Shown here: piece after piece, positions 44,999-53,235 of the stretch
Layout of the letters: every line of letters begins with the position of its first letter
Numbering within the stretch: the stretch's first letter is position 1
IMG/VR virus record: IMGVR_UViG_3300042543_000618
Span: 12,904-76,903 of that record
DNA length: 64,000 nt
DNA from: a virus
Taxonomy: Duplodnaviria; Caudoviricetes
Strand: one strand, 5' to 3'
Notes under the pieces: model-generated
What the model was told of the DNA's origin: nothing
The model's database searches: none
Seen by the model: the letters and a program-made list of their open reading frames with translations, nothing else
Position numbers and translations under genes: made by a program

Positions 44999-47953
44999 CT
45001 AGGAGTAAATAACGTACTGTTGGGGAAACTGAACGTCGATGCCGACAACGCCGGGTGAACCGGCAGGGCGCAAAGGTTTCCCCTTTAGCTCCTCAGGCAT
45101 CTTTTCTACAAATTCGTCCAGTGCTTTGGTTAGGTCGGCATTCATCGCCTTCACCGTCCCCGCCGCTTGGTAGTCGTTCATAAACGGCAATTCTTGAGCG
45201 AAACGGGTGCAGTATTGCAGGAACCGGACAAAGTTCACCATCGGGTCCGTCGGGGTGTCGGTCATGCCCGCGATCGCCCTGGCGCTGTCGGTCAAGAAAG
45301 AAACCGTCTCCGGGCTGCCCCAGGCGTCCTTGTCCATATAACAAGCCTTGGCTAGGTTGCGGGTTAGTTGGGTGATGGTGATACCGAATACATCAGTGGG
45401 GGGCATACCGCCGGAAGAGTAGGGGCGATGGGCCTTGGGTTGCTTGCCACCGATACCCTTACCGGCATGGGCACTACCGGACTCATCCATTTGTACTTTT
45501 TTACCACCCTTAGGCTGTGGGCTTTTGGCGTCAACCTTACGACCCATCGCCGGGATGCCCGTATCCCGCCATGAGCCAGAGCCAAACTCACGCCCAGGAT
45601 TACCCAGGGCTTTGCGGAGGAAGTTATCGATAGTCATGGGGGTGCCTGTCTTGTTAAGTTGGTTTCGCTGGGCAACTTCTTCGTCAATTCTTCGTAGTGC
45701 TTGATCTCGCTTTATTTCTGCGTTGAAGCGGTAAAGCGCTCTGTCTGGCCCAGAAAGGTGGAGCCCTAGCCTTTCTTCCCGGGCTAACCTTGTCGCTTCT
45801 GCTAGTTGAGCGTCAAGCATGTCTGTGTGGTTTTGGTCCGACTCTTGCATTCGGACGCCTTTGGCCCAGTCAATGATCGCACCGAAAACTTTATTGAAAG
45901 GGCGTTGATACGCGCCGTCATTGTTTTGCCAAATTTCTCCTGCTACTTCTTTCTCAAATAGCCTATAAACGTTATCAATTTTTTTGTTGATCTTTTCGAC
46001 AAATTCCCGCTCTGGCACGGCATCCATTTTTACTGCCGTGGAAATGACTTGATTGAGCCGCGACTTAAGTTTTTTGTTAAGTGCGTCGGGGATCTTAGTG
46101 CCGTCACCCCTGCGTAGGTCTAATGAAGCGACAAGCGCCTTCAGGCTTGCAGGTGTTGCGATCGCGTCATCCTCCGGCATCGCGCCATCATCCGCCCCCT
46201 CCATCGCCTCACCCTCAGGCATAGGGATATCGCTTTGGTTCAAGCTGGCCAGATATTCCCCAATAGTTTGGATCTTGAACTCAGGTTTAACCTTTCTCAA
46301 TAAATCCCTATTTTTTCGCGTGTTTGGGACTTCTCTTATTACGTTGCCATCAGCATCTCGAATAATATAAGACGCTGGCGTTTGCCCTCGCATCCCTGTA
46401 ATTGTTTCTTTCATCGGGATTTGACGCCCACCCTCGCCCTCCTCCTCCGCCGCCGCCGCTGGTTCGGCCTCGGGCATGGCCATGGGGCGATCGCTGATCT
46501 TTCTCGCCAAATCGTTATCAAACCTAATGGGCTTGATATTTAGCTTTTTGTACTTGTTTCCGTAGGTGGTTGAAACGGATACGTTGAACATCTCTCCGTT
46601 AGGATTGATCAGCGTTGCGGCGGGCTTGTCGCCAGAAAACCAGACCAATGCAGGCGTCTCGTTTCCGTCAAAATTTATCGTCCTGACTACTCCTTCGGAT
46701 GGACTTCTAGGAATGCCGCCAGCTTCATTGATAATGCGGGTTCGTTCGCCCCCCTCAAAGTACTGAAGGATAGACCGAGCCATCTGGGCAGCCTTACCCC
46801 GATGCTGCTGGCTTTTACTTCTTCTTTCCTTGGACTCATCCAGAGAGGCAATATTAGCACCATCATCCCCACCCGCAGGCTCATCCTCCGCCGCCGCTGG
46901 TTCAGCCTCGGGCATGGCAGCATGGTAGGGGCTTGGCGCATCATCCCCACCCGCAGGTTCACCCTCAGGCATAGGCTCATCCGCGATCGCGGCTTGCTGC
47001 TGCTCTAGCATTTCGCCAACGGTGGGTTCGGGGTCCTGGGCGGCGGGTTCATCCTCCACCACCGGGACGATCGCGGGCTTTTCCGCCTTCTTCTTCCCGC
47101 CAGACGGCTTACCGCTGGCTTTGGGTTTGTCCATCCGTTCCCAGCGGCTATTGCTATTCAGCCGATAGGTAACACCGTCCTCTACTTTGGTATCGCCCTC
47201 ATTGTGGCCACCAAACAAGCCTAGCTGGCCCGGGGAGGGTGCCCGCCGCCGTCCTGCCTTGCGGAGGACAATGCCATGCTCCTCGCTAGGGTGAGCGGTA
47301 TAGGCGATGCCATTCAGGTAGATGTAATGCTGTTGCTTCTGAGCGAGCATGGTATTACCCACAGATTTAGCAAGCGCGGTGATGTACGCGCCATTGTCGG
47401 GGGCCTCGGACTCAATTAGTCGATTAGCCGGGTTGTCAGTGATGCTGAGCTCATCGAGCCGCACGTCGGTAATGAGGTTACAGGTCCGCCCGATCGCATC
47501 TCTACCGGGGCGTACACCGTTGATCTTGCCACCAACGCTAACGCCAAGGTGAACCATGCCCTCTTTGAGCATATTCCACACCACCCGGGCGATGGGGTTA
47601 GCACCAGATAGGACACCCCGCCAGCGGGTAGTGCCATCGCTATCGACACTCATCTCAGTCACCCGGCCCAGGGGGAGCGCGATCGCGGCAAGTAGCCCCA
47701 CTTGCTGGTCGTAGGGAATATTAAGGGCAGAGATGGACTGCTTTAGAAATCGCTCCCAAAAGCCATGGTGCAGGCGAATGGGGCCACCCTTTAGCCCGTC
47801 CGGGCCACGGGTTGCCATGAAGCCAGGGATAGCGCGTTGAATCGCGTTCGGGCAAATGGCATCGCCGTCAAGATCTCTAAAAAAATTGGAGGCTACCCCG
47901 CCCACAACCATATCGGCTGACTTGGACAGGATAGCCTCCAGAGGAAGAACCAT
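44999..47953 (-). CDS. Prohead protease domain fused to a leader-bearing payload
   Basis: RDLDGDAI..., IRLHH, GVSVGG, LDELSITDNPAN (HK97-type protease), then GIVLRKAG...YRLNSNSRWER module. Confidence 0.85.
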   Translation of the reverse strand: MVLPLEAILSKSADMVVGGVASNFFRDLDGDAICPNAIQRAIPGFMATRGPDGLKGGPIRLHHGFWERFLKQSISALNIPYDQQVGLLAAIALPLGRVTEMSVDSDGTTRWRGVLSGANPIARVVWNMLKEGMVHLGVSVGGKINGVRPGRDAIGRTCNLITDVRLDELSITDNPANRLIESEAPDNGAYITALAKSVGNTMLAQKQQHYIYLNGIAYTAHPSEEHGIVLRKAGRRRAPSPGQLGLFGGHNEGDTKVEDGVTYRLNSNSRWERMDKPKASGKPSGGKKKAEKPAIVPVVEDEPAAQDPEPTVGEMLEQQQAAIADEPMPEGEPAGGDDAPSPYHAAMPEAEPAAAEDEPAGGDDGANIASLDESKERRSKSQQHRGKAAQMARSILQYFEGGERTRIINEAGGIPRSPSEGVVRTINFDGNETPALVWFSGDKPAATLINPNGEMFNVSVSTTYGNKYKKLNIKPIRFDNDLARKISDRPMAMPEAEPAAAAEEEGEGGRQIPMKETITGMRGQTPASYIIRDADGNVIREVPNTRKNRDLLRKVKPEFKIQTIGEYLASLNQSDIPMPEGEAMEGADDGAMPEDDAIATPASLKALVASLDLRRGDGTKIPDALNKKLKSRLNQVISTAVKMDAVPEREFVEKINKKIDNVYRLFEKEVAGEIWQNNDGAYQRPFNKVFGAIIDWAKGVRMQESDQNHTDMLDAQLAEATRLAREERLGLHLSGPDRALYRFNAEIKRDQALRRIDEEVAQRNQLNKTGTPMTIDNFLRKALGNPGREFGSGSWRDTGIPAMGRKVDAKSPQPKGGKKVQMDESGSAHAGKGIGGKQPKAHRPYSSGGMPPTDVFGITITQLTRNLAKACYMDKDAWGSPETVSFLTDSARAIAGMTDTPTDPMVNFVRFLQYCTRFAQELPFMNDYQAAGTVKAMNADLTKALDEFVEKMPEELKGKPLRPAGSPGVVGIDVQFPQQYVIYS

Positions 47954-47972
47954 GGAGGAGATACGGACTAGG

Positions 47973-48014
47973 AAAAAATAAATTATGCCTACGCTATGCC
48001 TATCTTAGCGTAGG
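47973..48014 (-). terminator. Terminator-like hairpin between early and head operons
   Basis: CCTACGCTA-9 nt-TAGCGTAGG followed on - by an AT/U-rich tract. Confidence 0.5.
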
Positions 48015-48026
48015 TTCGAGAAATGG

Positions 48027-48206
48027 TTAGAATGGTGGCCCAATCAAACCACTGTCAATGTCCACCGTGACAATTCTGGACGTGTTGCCGCCCAGGGGTA
48101 ATTTAACCATCACCTTGTCGTCAATGGCCGCAAAGACAAACGCCTGTTGCCAGGGTTCCTCCGTGGATGGACGGTAGGCGATCGCGTAACCAGGTTTCAG
48201 GTTCAT
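48027..48206 (-). CDS. Small hypothetical protein (59 aa, not in ORF track)
   Basis: MNLKPGYAIAYRPSTEEPWQQAFV...; ATGA overlap, GGAGG RBS. Confidence 0.55.
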   Translation of the reverse strand: MNLKPGYAIAYRPSTEEPWQQAFVFAAIDDKVMVKLPLGGNTSRIVTVDIDSGLIGPPF

Positions 48207-48655
48207 ACCGCCACCTCCTGACTAGCTTTTAAGATCAATCCCGGGATCATCCATCCGACTTCCGCAAAAGTTTCGCAGTAGCCGTAGAAGTGTTTCCACA
48301 CGAAATAGGGAAAGTCTTCGTCGGTGTCAAGGCTTGCCACGTCAATCCGGATGATGATGCCGGTGAGGTTTAACCCCTCCTTGTCAAGCAGGATATTCAG
48401 GATCTCTTCAAAGTCCAAATCGTCTTTGTCTAAGGTTTCTAGTAACCCCTGTCCGGTAGGAGATTCTCTGCTAAAGTTGCCTATTGTTGGCCGGTAGTTA
48501 ACTTGACGAAAGAACTCAGCCCAGTCCACCTCTTCAAGCAGGTGAGCCAGCGGCGGCCAGTTGCCTAGCCAGTCCTCCATGTCGTTGTCTAGGCTGATTA
48601 GCGACAGCGGCAGGATTAGCCCTACCGCCATGTTGTCGGGTAGTTTGATGTTCAT
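48203..48655 (-). CDS. Acidic hypothetical protein
   Basis: 150 aa coupled ORF. Confidence 0.65.
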   Translation of the reverse strand: MNIKLPDNMAVGLILPLSLISLDNDMEDWLGNWPPLAHLLEEVDWAEFFRQVNYRPTIGNFSRESPTGQGLLETLDKDDLDFEEILNILLDKEGLNLTGIIIRIDVASLDTDEDFPYFVWKHFYGYCETFAEVGWMIPGLILKASQEVAV

Positions 48656-48657
48656 GG

Positions 48658-49779
48658 TTATTCCCTAATCTGAATGGGCATTACCAGATAGGTCGCCGGG
48701 GACCCATCTGTAAAAACCACTGGCTTAGTCGGCTCGTTCATCTCCACGGTGAAGACTTCGCCAAGGATCGCGTTGGTTAGCGCCTCCTTGATATACTTGC
48801 CATTTCCCGCCAGGGTGATGGGTTCGCTACAAGTTACGCCCTCGACATGCTCCTGAGCCTTGGCCGCCTCTTTTGCCTCCGCACTCATTACCAGCCCGGC
48901 GGTGTCAAATTGAAGTTTGACAATATCCTTGCTTTCGCCTGCTACCACCAGGGTGCGATCTAGGGCGGCTAAAAAAGGCTTGCGATCGCAGGTCGCGATC
49001 TTGGCAAACACCTTAGGAAACAATTGCCGATAGTTGGGATACTGGCCCTCCAGGACACGGCTATAGAGCTCGGTGTTGCCGCATAGGGCATGTACAGACA
49101 CGTCATCAAAGGTTAATTTGACGATGCCTTCGTAGCCCTTCAGGACGGTTAGCAATTCCCTCAGGCTCTTCCCGGGTAGGGTGACGGGGCGATAGTCATC
49201 GGGGATGACAACGCTACCGGGTAGCGGGTAGGCGATCATCCGATGGCCATCGGTGGCCGCTAACTCTATCACCCCTGCCTCCCTTTCTTCGCCGGGGGTA
49301 ACGGAGAAGTGAACGCCGGTAAGTACCTGCTTGCTTTCGTCAGTACTGGCACAGAACACCGTAGCCGCGATCGCGGCCCGTAGTTCTTCTGAGGATATGG
49401 ACAACTCCACCGGGGTGCCGTCCACCTCGGGCAGGTTGGGGTAGTCCTCAGCCAGGAGGGTATTAATGCGGTACTCACCGCCCAGGGTGGTTAGCACCAG
49501 GACAGGGTATTGCAGGTCTAAGGCTACCTGCCCTGATAGGCGCTCCAGGATGGGCTTTAGGTAGGTTGGGGATATGCAACAATCACCGGATTGCTCCATA
49601 TCCACTGGCAAGGAAAAGCTAATCCCTAGCGCCTCGTCAAACCCTTTTAGGATAAGACTGCCATTGTCTAGCTGCATCAGCATATGCCCCAGGACAGGGC
49701 GGCTAGGGCGCTTAGGGATAGCGCGATCGCATAGCGCGATCGCCTCTGCCAGATCACCCGCATCAACTGAAAATTTCAT
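48658..49779 (-). CDS. dnaN: DNA polymerase III beta sliding clamp
   Basis: ASTDESKQVLTGVH, AATDGHRM, SRVLEGQYPNYRQLFP, YLVMPIQIR. Confidence 0.93.
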   Translation of the reverse strand: MKFSVDAGDLAEAIALCDRAIPKRPSRPVLGHMLMQLDNGSLILKGFDEALGISFSLPVDMEQSGDCCISPTYLKPILERLSGQVALDLQYPVLVLTTLGGEYRINTLLAEDYPNLPEVDGTPVELSISSEELRAAIAATVFCASTDESKQVLTGVHFSVTPGEEREAGVIELAATDGHRMIAYPLPGSVVIPDDYRPVTLPGKSLRELLTVLKGYEGIVKLTFDDVSVHALCGNTELYSRVLEGQYPNYRQLFPKVFAKIATCDRKPFLAALDRTLVVAGESKDIVKLQFDTAGLVMSAEAKEAAKAQEHVEGVTCSEPITLAGNGKYIKEALTNAILGEVFTVEMNEPTKPVVFTDGSPATYLVMPIQIRE

Positions 49780-50318
49780 TGCAATACTCCCGCTTTTTCA
49801 ATGAAATAGGAACCGTGAATAAACCTTTTAATGCCTGCATCGGCGGCGGCATAGTAGGCTTCTGTTTGCAGCCCCACCATGGTGGTCTGTTCAGGCGTCA
49901 CCCTAAACCAATCCATGGCCGATAGGATCATGCCTGGCTGGGGCATCCGGTAGCCGGTGTTGGCGTACTTTTGACATTGGCTGTACACCTTGGGAGAGAA
50001 CGGCATGGTCATCTGGACAGCATAATTTCCAGAGCCACCCCGGGCCAAAGGGCAAAACCAGATGGCTTGAACCCAATAGTTAGACAGCTCAAACATGGCC
50101 CCGAATAGGCTTTGACACGCACCGAAAGCCAAGTGGCCTTTCTCAACGCCGCCTTGGTTGCTACAGATAGCGACACTGTAGCCCTTGTCAACGTAAGGCT
50201 CCAGTGCACCTAGGATGCCTGGGACCAGGATCATGTCCTCCCGGTTGTTGATGTAGACACCGGGTCCGTTTTTGTGCTGCACTAGGGCGGTGTGGTCTAG
50301 CAAGAGTAGTCGCTTCAT
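49776..50318 (-). CDS. HAD-IIIA (GmhB-like) fold protein with degenerate catalytic motifs
   Basis: ICSNQGG and PxPGMI retained; DxD, K and GD motifs altered. Confidence 0.7.
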   Translation of the reverse strand: MKRLLLLDHTALVQHKNGPGVYINNREDMILVPGILGALEPYVDKGYSVAICSNQGGVEKGHLAFGACQSLFGAMFELSNYWVQAIWFCPLARGGSGNYAVQMTMPFSPKVYSQCQKYANTGYRMPQPGMILSAMDWFRVTPEQTTMVGLQTEAYYAAADAGIKRFIHGSYFIEKAGVLQ

Positions 50319-51241
50319 CGTTCTCCCTCCATGACTGCTGTAATGAATTGGGCGGCTTGCTGGGGAACGATGGCGTTTCCGTAGCCGCGTAGCCTCATGG
50401 TTCTGGCTTCCGCCGTTTCATTTGCCGGTATGCCAGGATTGCTGCCACACACCAGATCGGCGGGAACCCCATTAACCAACGGGAAAATGCTGCGTTGAGC
50501 TGGCCGGGCTTTTCCGTCGGCGCAGGGGAGCCAGTCGGGGTGTTGCCATGGGTTAACCTGGCTACCTCGTTCAAGGGTCTGACATTGTCCCCATGTTTGT
50601 TGCTGGCGCTGGATTTCCAATCCCTGGCCGCCGGCGTCGGCCAGGGAACTAACATCACCTGATCGTTGAGAGATCGCCCGTGAACGTTTTTCACCCACCG
50701 ACGGCTGTAGCCGCCCTTGTTGTCCTTGGCTTGGGGTGTTGACCAAGGTGCCAACCCAGTACAGTCGCTGGCGCAGATGGGGCGCACCGAGCCCCGCAGC
50801 GCATAGATCGACTGCCCCGCAGGCGTAGTCCGCTGCTTCCAGGTCAGTTGATACAACATCCCACCATCCAAGGGCATCGCTTGATGCAACTTGCTCACCA
50901 AAGACGATCTCAGGGCGACACTGGCTAATGAGCCAAAAGAACGCTGGCCATAGGTGCCGCTCATCAGCAGTCCCTTTTCCTTTGCCTGCCGCGCTGAAAG
51001 GCTGGCATGGGCAACTACCGGTCCAGACGGGTCGGTCCTCTGGCCATCCGGCAAGTTGCAAGGCATAGGGCCACCCACCGATACCGGCGAAGAAGTGGCA
51101 TTGGACGTAAGGCTCAAGTTCAATTGGAGTGACATCTTCTATGCTCCTATCGTCTACTACGCCATCCGGCAAAGCACCCTGAGCTATCAACTCCTTCAAC
51201 CATGCCGACGCTTGGGGGTCGTTTTCGTTGTAGTAGTTCAT
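50315..51241 (-). CDS. C5 cytosine methyltransferase, alpha subunit
   Basis: HFFAGIGGW, GSCPCQPFS, FGEQV, HLRQRLYW, LRGYGNAIVP. Confidence 0.9.
   Translation of the reverse strand: MNYYNENDPQASAWLKELIAQGALPDGVVDDRSIEDVTPIELEPYVQCHFFAGIGGWPYALQLAGWPEDRPVWTGSCPCQPFSAAGKGKGTADERHLWPAFFWLISQCRPEIVFGEQVASSDALGWWDVVSTDLEAADYACGAVDLCAAGLGAPHLRQRLYWVGTLVNTPSQGQQGRLQPSVGEKRSRAISQRSGDVSSLADAGGQGLEIQRQQQTWGQCQTLERGSQVNPWQHPDWLPCADGKARPAQRSIFPLVNGVPADLVCGSNPGIPANETAEARTMRLRGYGNAIVPQQAAQFITAVMEGER
50395..51135 (-). CDS. Nested alternative-frame ORF, probable MTase beta subunit
   Basis: WSTPQAKD, WPTPAARDWK, GQLNAAFSRWLMGFP. Confidence 0.7.
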   Translation of the reverse strand: MSLQLNLSLTSNATSSPVSVGGPMPCNLPDGQRTDPSGPVVAHASLSARQAKEKGLLMSGTYGQRSFGSLASVALRSSLVSKLHQAMPLDGGMLYQLTWKQRTTPAGQSIYALRGSVRPICASDCTGLAPWSTPQAKDNKGGYSRRWVKNVHGRSLNDQVMLVPWPTPAARDWKSSASNKHGDNVRPLNEVARLTHGNTPTGSPAPTEKPGQLNAAFSRWLMGFPPIWCVAAILAYRQMKRRKPEP

Positions 51242-51492
51242 CGCTCCTCCTTGTCAGGGCAAAAGGTATCGCTCTCCGGTCCTTCGGGGTGAACTGCACA
51301 CCGCAGGTAGAACTGAGTAGTAGGGTTGTAGTATTTGCAGCTCAAACAGAGAAGGGTATGGGAAACGCCACGATGTCTTGCCCTTACCTCATCGGCAAGA
51401 GGTGAGCTGCCAAGCATGATCAGCGATCGCTCCGATACTGCCCGCTGCTGGGCTCGTCGCATCAGGTCAACTAGGCGGTTGAGGTTGGTCAT
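51238..51492 (-). CDS. DUF6464-like Cys-containing small protein
   Basis: CLSCKYY...YLRCAVHPEGP...C. Confidence 0.6.
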   Translation of the reverse strand: MTNLNRLVDLMRRAQQRAVSERSLIMLGSSPLADEVRARHRGVSHTLLCLSCKYYNPTTQFYLRCAVHPEGPESDTFCPDKEER

Positions 51493-51686
51493 AATGGCCT
51501 CCCCCAGGACTCTTTTACCTGAGCTACCAGAAACGCTCGTTGGCCCGCCTCTAGGCGTTTTAAGCCTTTGCAGATGACGATCAGCTCGTCAAAGTTAGCC
51601 CGGGTAAATTCCAGGCTGTCTAGCGATCGCTCGAATTGGGCGATCGCAAATTCTGCCTCAGTCGATAGCTGAATAGGTTGGTTCAT
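51489..51686 (-). CDS. nblA: NblA-like phycobilisome degradation protein
   Basis: 65 aa; MNQPIQLSTEAEF N-terminus and KESWG C-terminus match the NblA pattern; AGGAG RBS. Confidence 0.7.
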   Translation of the reverse strand: MNQPIQLSTEAEFAIAQFERSLDSLEFTRANFDELIVICKGLKRLEAGQRAFLVAQVKESWGRPL

Positions 51687-51694
51687 AGCTACTC

Positions 51695-52459
51695 CTAGAA
51701 CGGTATCTCTTCATCCCAATCAGTTGCCGCCCGCGAGTCCACCCCGGCAGCGACGGGCTTAGCGTTGGCGCGCTGGGTAATGCGATCGCGGCTTCCGCCA
51801 GGTGGATTACCTGCCGGGGGACGGGTCGGCGGTGGCGGTGCCGCTGGTTGGGTGGTGGGTTCCGGTGCTGGCGCTTCCTTGCCCAGGGCTTTGTAAACCC
51901 TGGTTTTTGCCTCGGTAGCGATCGCCCGCCAGTCATCGTCCGCCTTCCAACTGGCTTGGAGCTTGCCGGATTGCGTGGTGATAGACACGTTCAAGGTGCG
52001 ATCTCCGGTCTGCAGCTCTGAGACGTAGCTAAACAGCCGGATAGGCTGCTGTAGGTCCGCTACGGGGCATAGGCTCAAGGCGGTTAACAGGGAGCGGCTA
52101 AAAAATGACTGGGCGCCAGACTCGAAAATATAAGTCTTGCCGTCTTCACCCTCCATCACCAAGTCGAGCTTGGTGACATCTTCTCCGCGTCGTTCTCGCT
52201 GGACAAACCGCAGATCTTTTACCAATCCCCAGAATGCAGGGGGCATAGTTTCCTGTTGGTTGTTTTCCAGTAGCCGATACCAGCCATCGCCATTCCCCTT
52301 GACGAGGTTGGCAAAGATAAACTCTGGCCGCCCGGCGTCCGCCTGGAAGCCTAGGGGCTGGGTACTTTTGGGTATTGTCGATAGCGCGATCGCTTTGAGG
52401 CTTGCGGCGATCTCTTCAAGGGCGAGGGCGATCGCTAAGTTTGTATCAACGTCTGCCAT
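51695..52459 (-). CDS. Putative ssDNA-binding/recombination protein
   Basis: Pro-rich linker and SSB-type acidic tail DWDEEIPF. Confidence 0.55.
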   Translation of the reverse strand: MADVDTNLAIALALEEIAASLKAIALSTIPKSTQPLGFQADAGRPEFIFANLVKGNGDGWYRLLENNQQETMPPAFWGLVKDLRFVQRERRGEDVTKLDLVMEGEDGKTYIFESGAQSFFSRSLLTALSLCPVADLQQPIRLFSYVSELQTGDRTLNVSITTQSGKLQASWKADDDWRAIATEAKTRVYKALGKEAPAPEPTTQPAAPPPPTRPPAGNPPGGSRDRITQRANAKPVAAGVDSRAATDWDEEIPF

Positions 52460-52478
52460 GGTTCTGGTTCTCCTAAAT

Positions 52479-52509
52479 AAAAAAATGGGGGCCAGCCGAA
52501 GCCAGCCCC
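52479..52509 (-). terminator. Intrinsic terminator with UUCG loop
   Basis: Minus strand GGGGCTGGC-TTCG-GCTGGCCCC-CATTTTTTT. Confidence 0.8.
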
Positions 52510-52524
52510 AGGGGGTTGCGTCAA

Positions 52525-52869
52525 TTAGCCAAGGTGGCCAGGCTGACGGGGGCGGTCACTAGGAAACTGATTGCGCTTGTCGCTTTCGGCGTTGGCTAGC
52601 ACGGCAGCGCTGCGGCGGTTCGTGCAGGTGCCGTTCATGCACCGGGGGAACTGATCCCGCCTAGACTTGGCGCTGGATTTGGCTTGTTCGTCATCTACCC
52701 GGCCAGTTCCCCGCCATTGCGCACCCTCGCGGGCGCAATCGGGGTCCGTGGCTAACCCCTTGATGGGGCAGTGCCCATCCCCGCCACGCCCGGGCATCCC
52801 GGTGGTAGCCATGGCAGCGGTGGGGAGCAGGGTAGCGATCAGGGTAGTGGTAAGAATAAAGTTTTTCAT
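52525..52869 (-). CDS. Secreted small protein with RGTGR motif (PatX-like)
   Basis: GGAG RBS; signal peptide MKNFILTTTLIATLLPTAAMA; WRGTGR encoded at 52699-52716. Confidence 0.6.
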   Translation of the reverse strand: MKNFILTTTLIATLLPTAAMATTGMPGRGGDGHCPIKGLATDPDCAREGAQWRGTGRVDDEQAKSSAKSRRDQFPRCMNGTCTNRRSAAVLANAESDKRNQFPSDRPRQPGHLG

Positions 52870-52921
52870 GATTCTCCATGTGGTCTTTTGAGTGTTGTGA
52901 ACCCCGTGGCTCACATTTCAA

Positions 52922-52950
52922 ATAGTATATTGCAAATAAGCAACAGTCAA
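52922..52950 (-). promoter_or_regulatory. Sigma70 promoter with operator site 2 overlapping the spacer and -10
   Basis: TTGACT-17 nt-TACTAT; GTATATTGCAAATAAGC at 52925-52941. Confidence 0.7.
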
Positions 52951-52983
52951 GCATATATGCAATAATTCAGTAGTTTTACAGGG

Positions 52984-53235
52984 ATGTGGGCAATCATGTA
53001 CATGACGCTCAAAAGTTTTCGGTATATATCCGGGCAAAAGTCTTTGTACATCGAGGATGACGAAGACAGGCTACACTTCAGCGGTGTAGATCCCATTTGC
53101 GGCGGCGCGGCGGTGCGGTGGCTAAACAACCATCAGGGCAAGCCGATTATGGTGAATTTCATTTGCTACGGGCCAGAGTGCGTACTGGTTCTAGAGGATG
53201 ACCAGCAAGATCGGCTAACCATTCTAGGGTTCTAG
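52984..53235 (+). CDS. Small hypothetical protein
   Basis: 83 aa ORF divergent from the PatX-like gene. Confidence 0.5.
   Translation: MWAIMYMTLKSFRYISGQKSLYIEDDEDRLHFSGVDPICGGAAVRWLNNHQGKPIMVNFICYGPECVLVLEDDQQDRLTILGF

Noticed and set aside
48658-49779. Host chromosomal origin region (dnaN)
   Set aside because: No dnaA, recF or gyrB nearby; the gene is coupled within a phage operon
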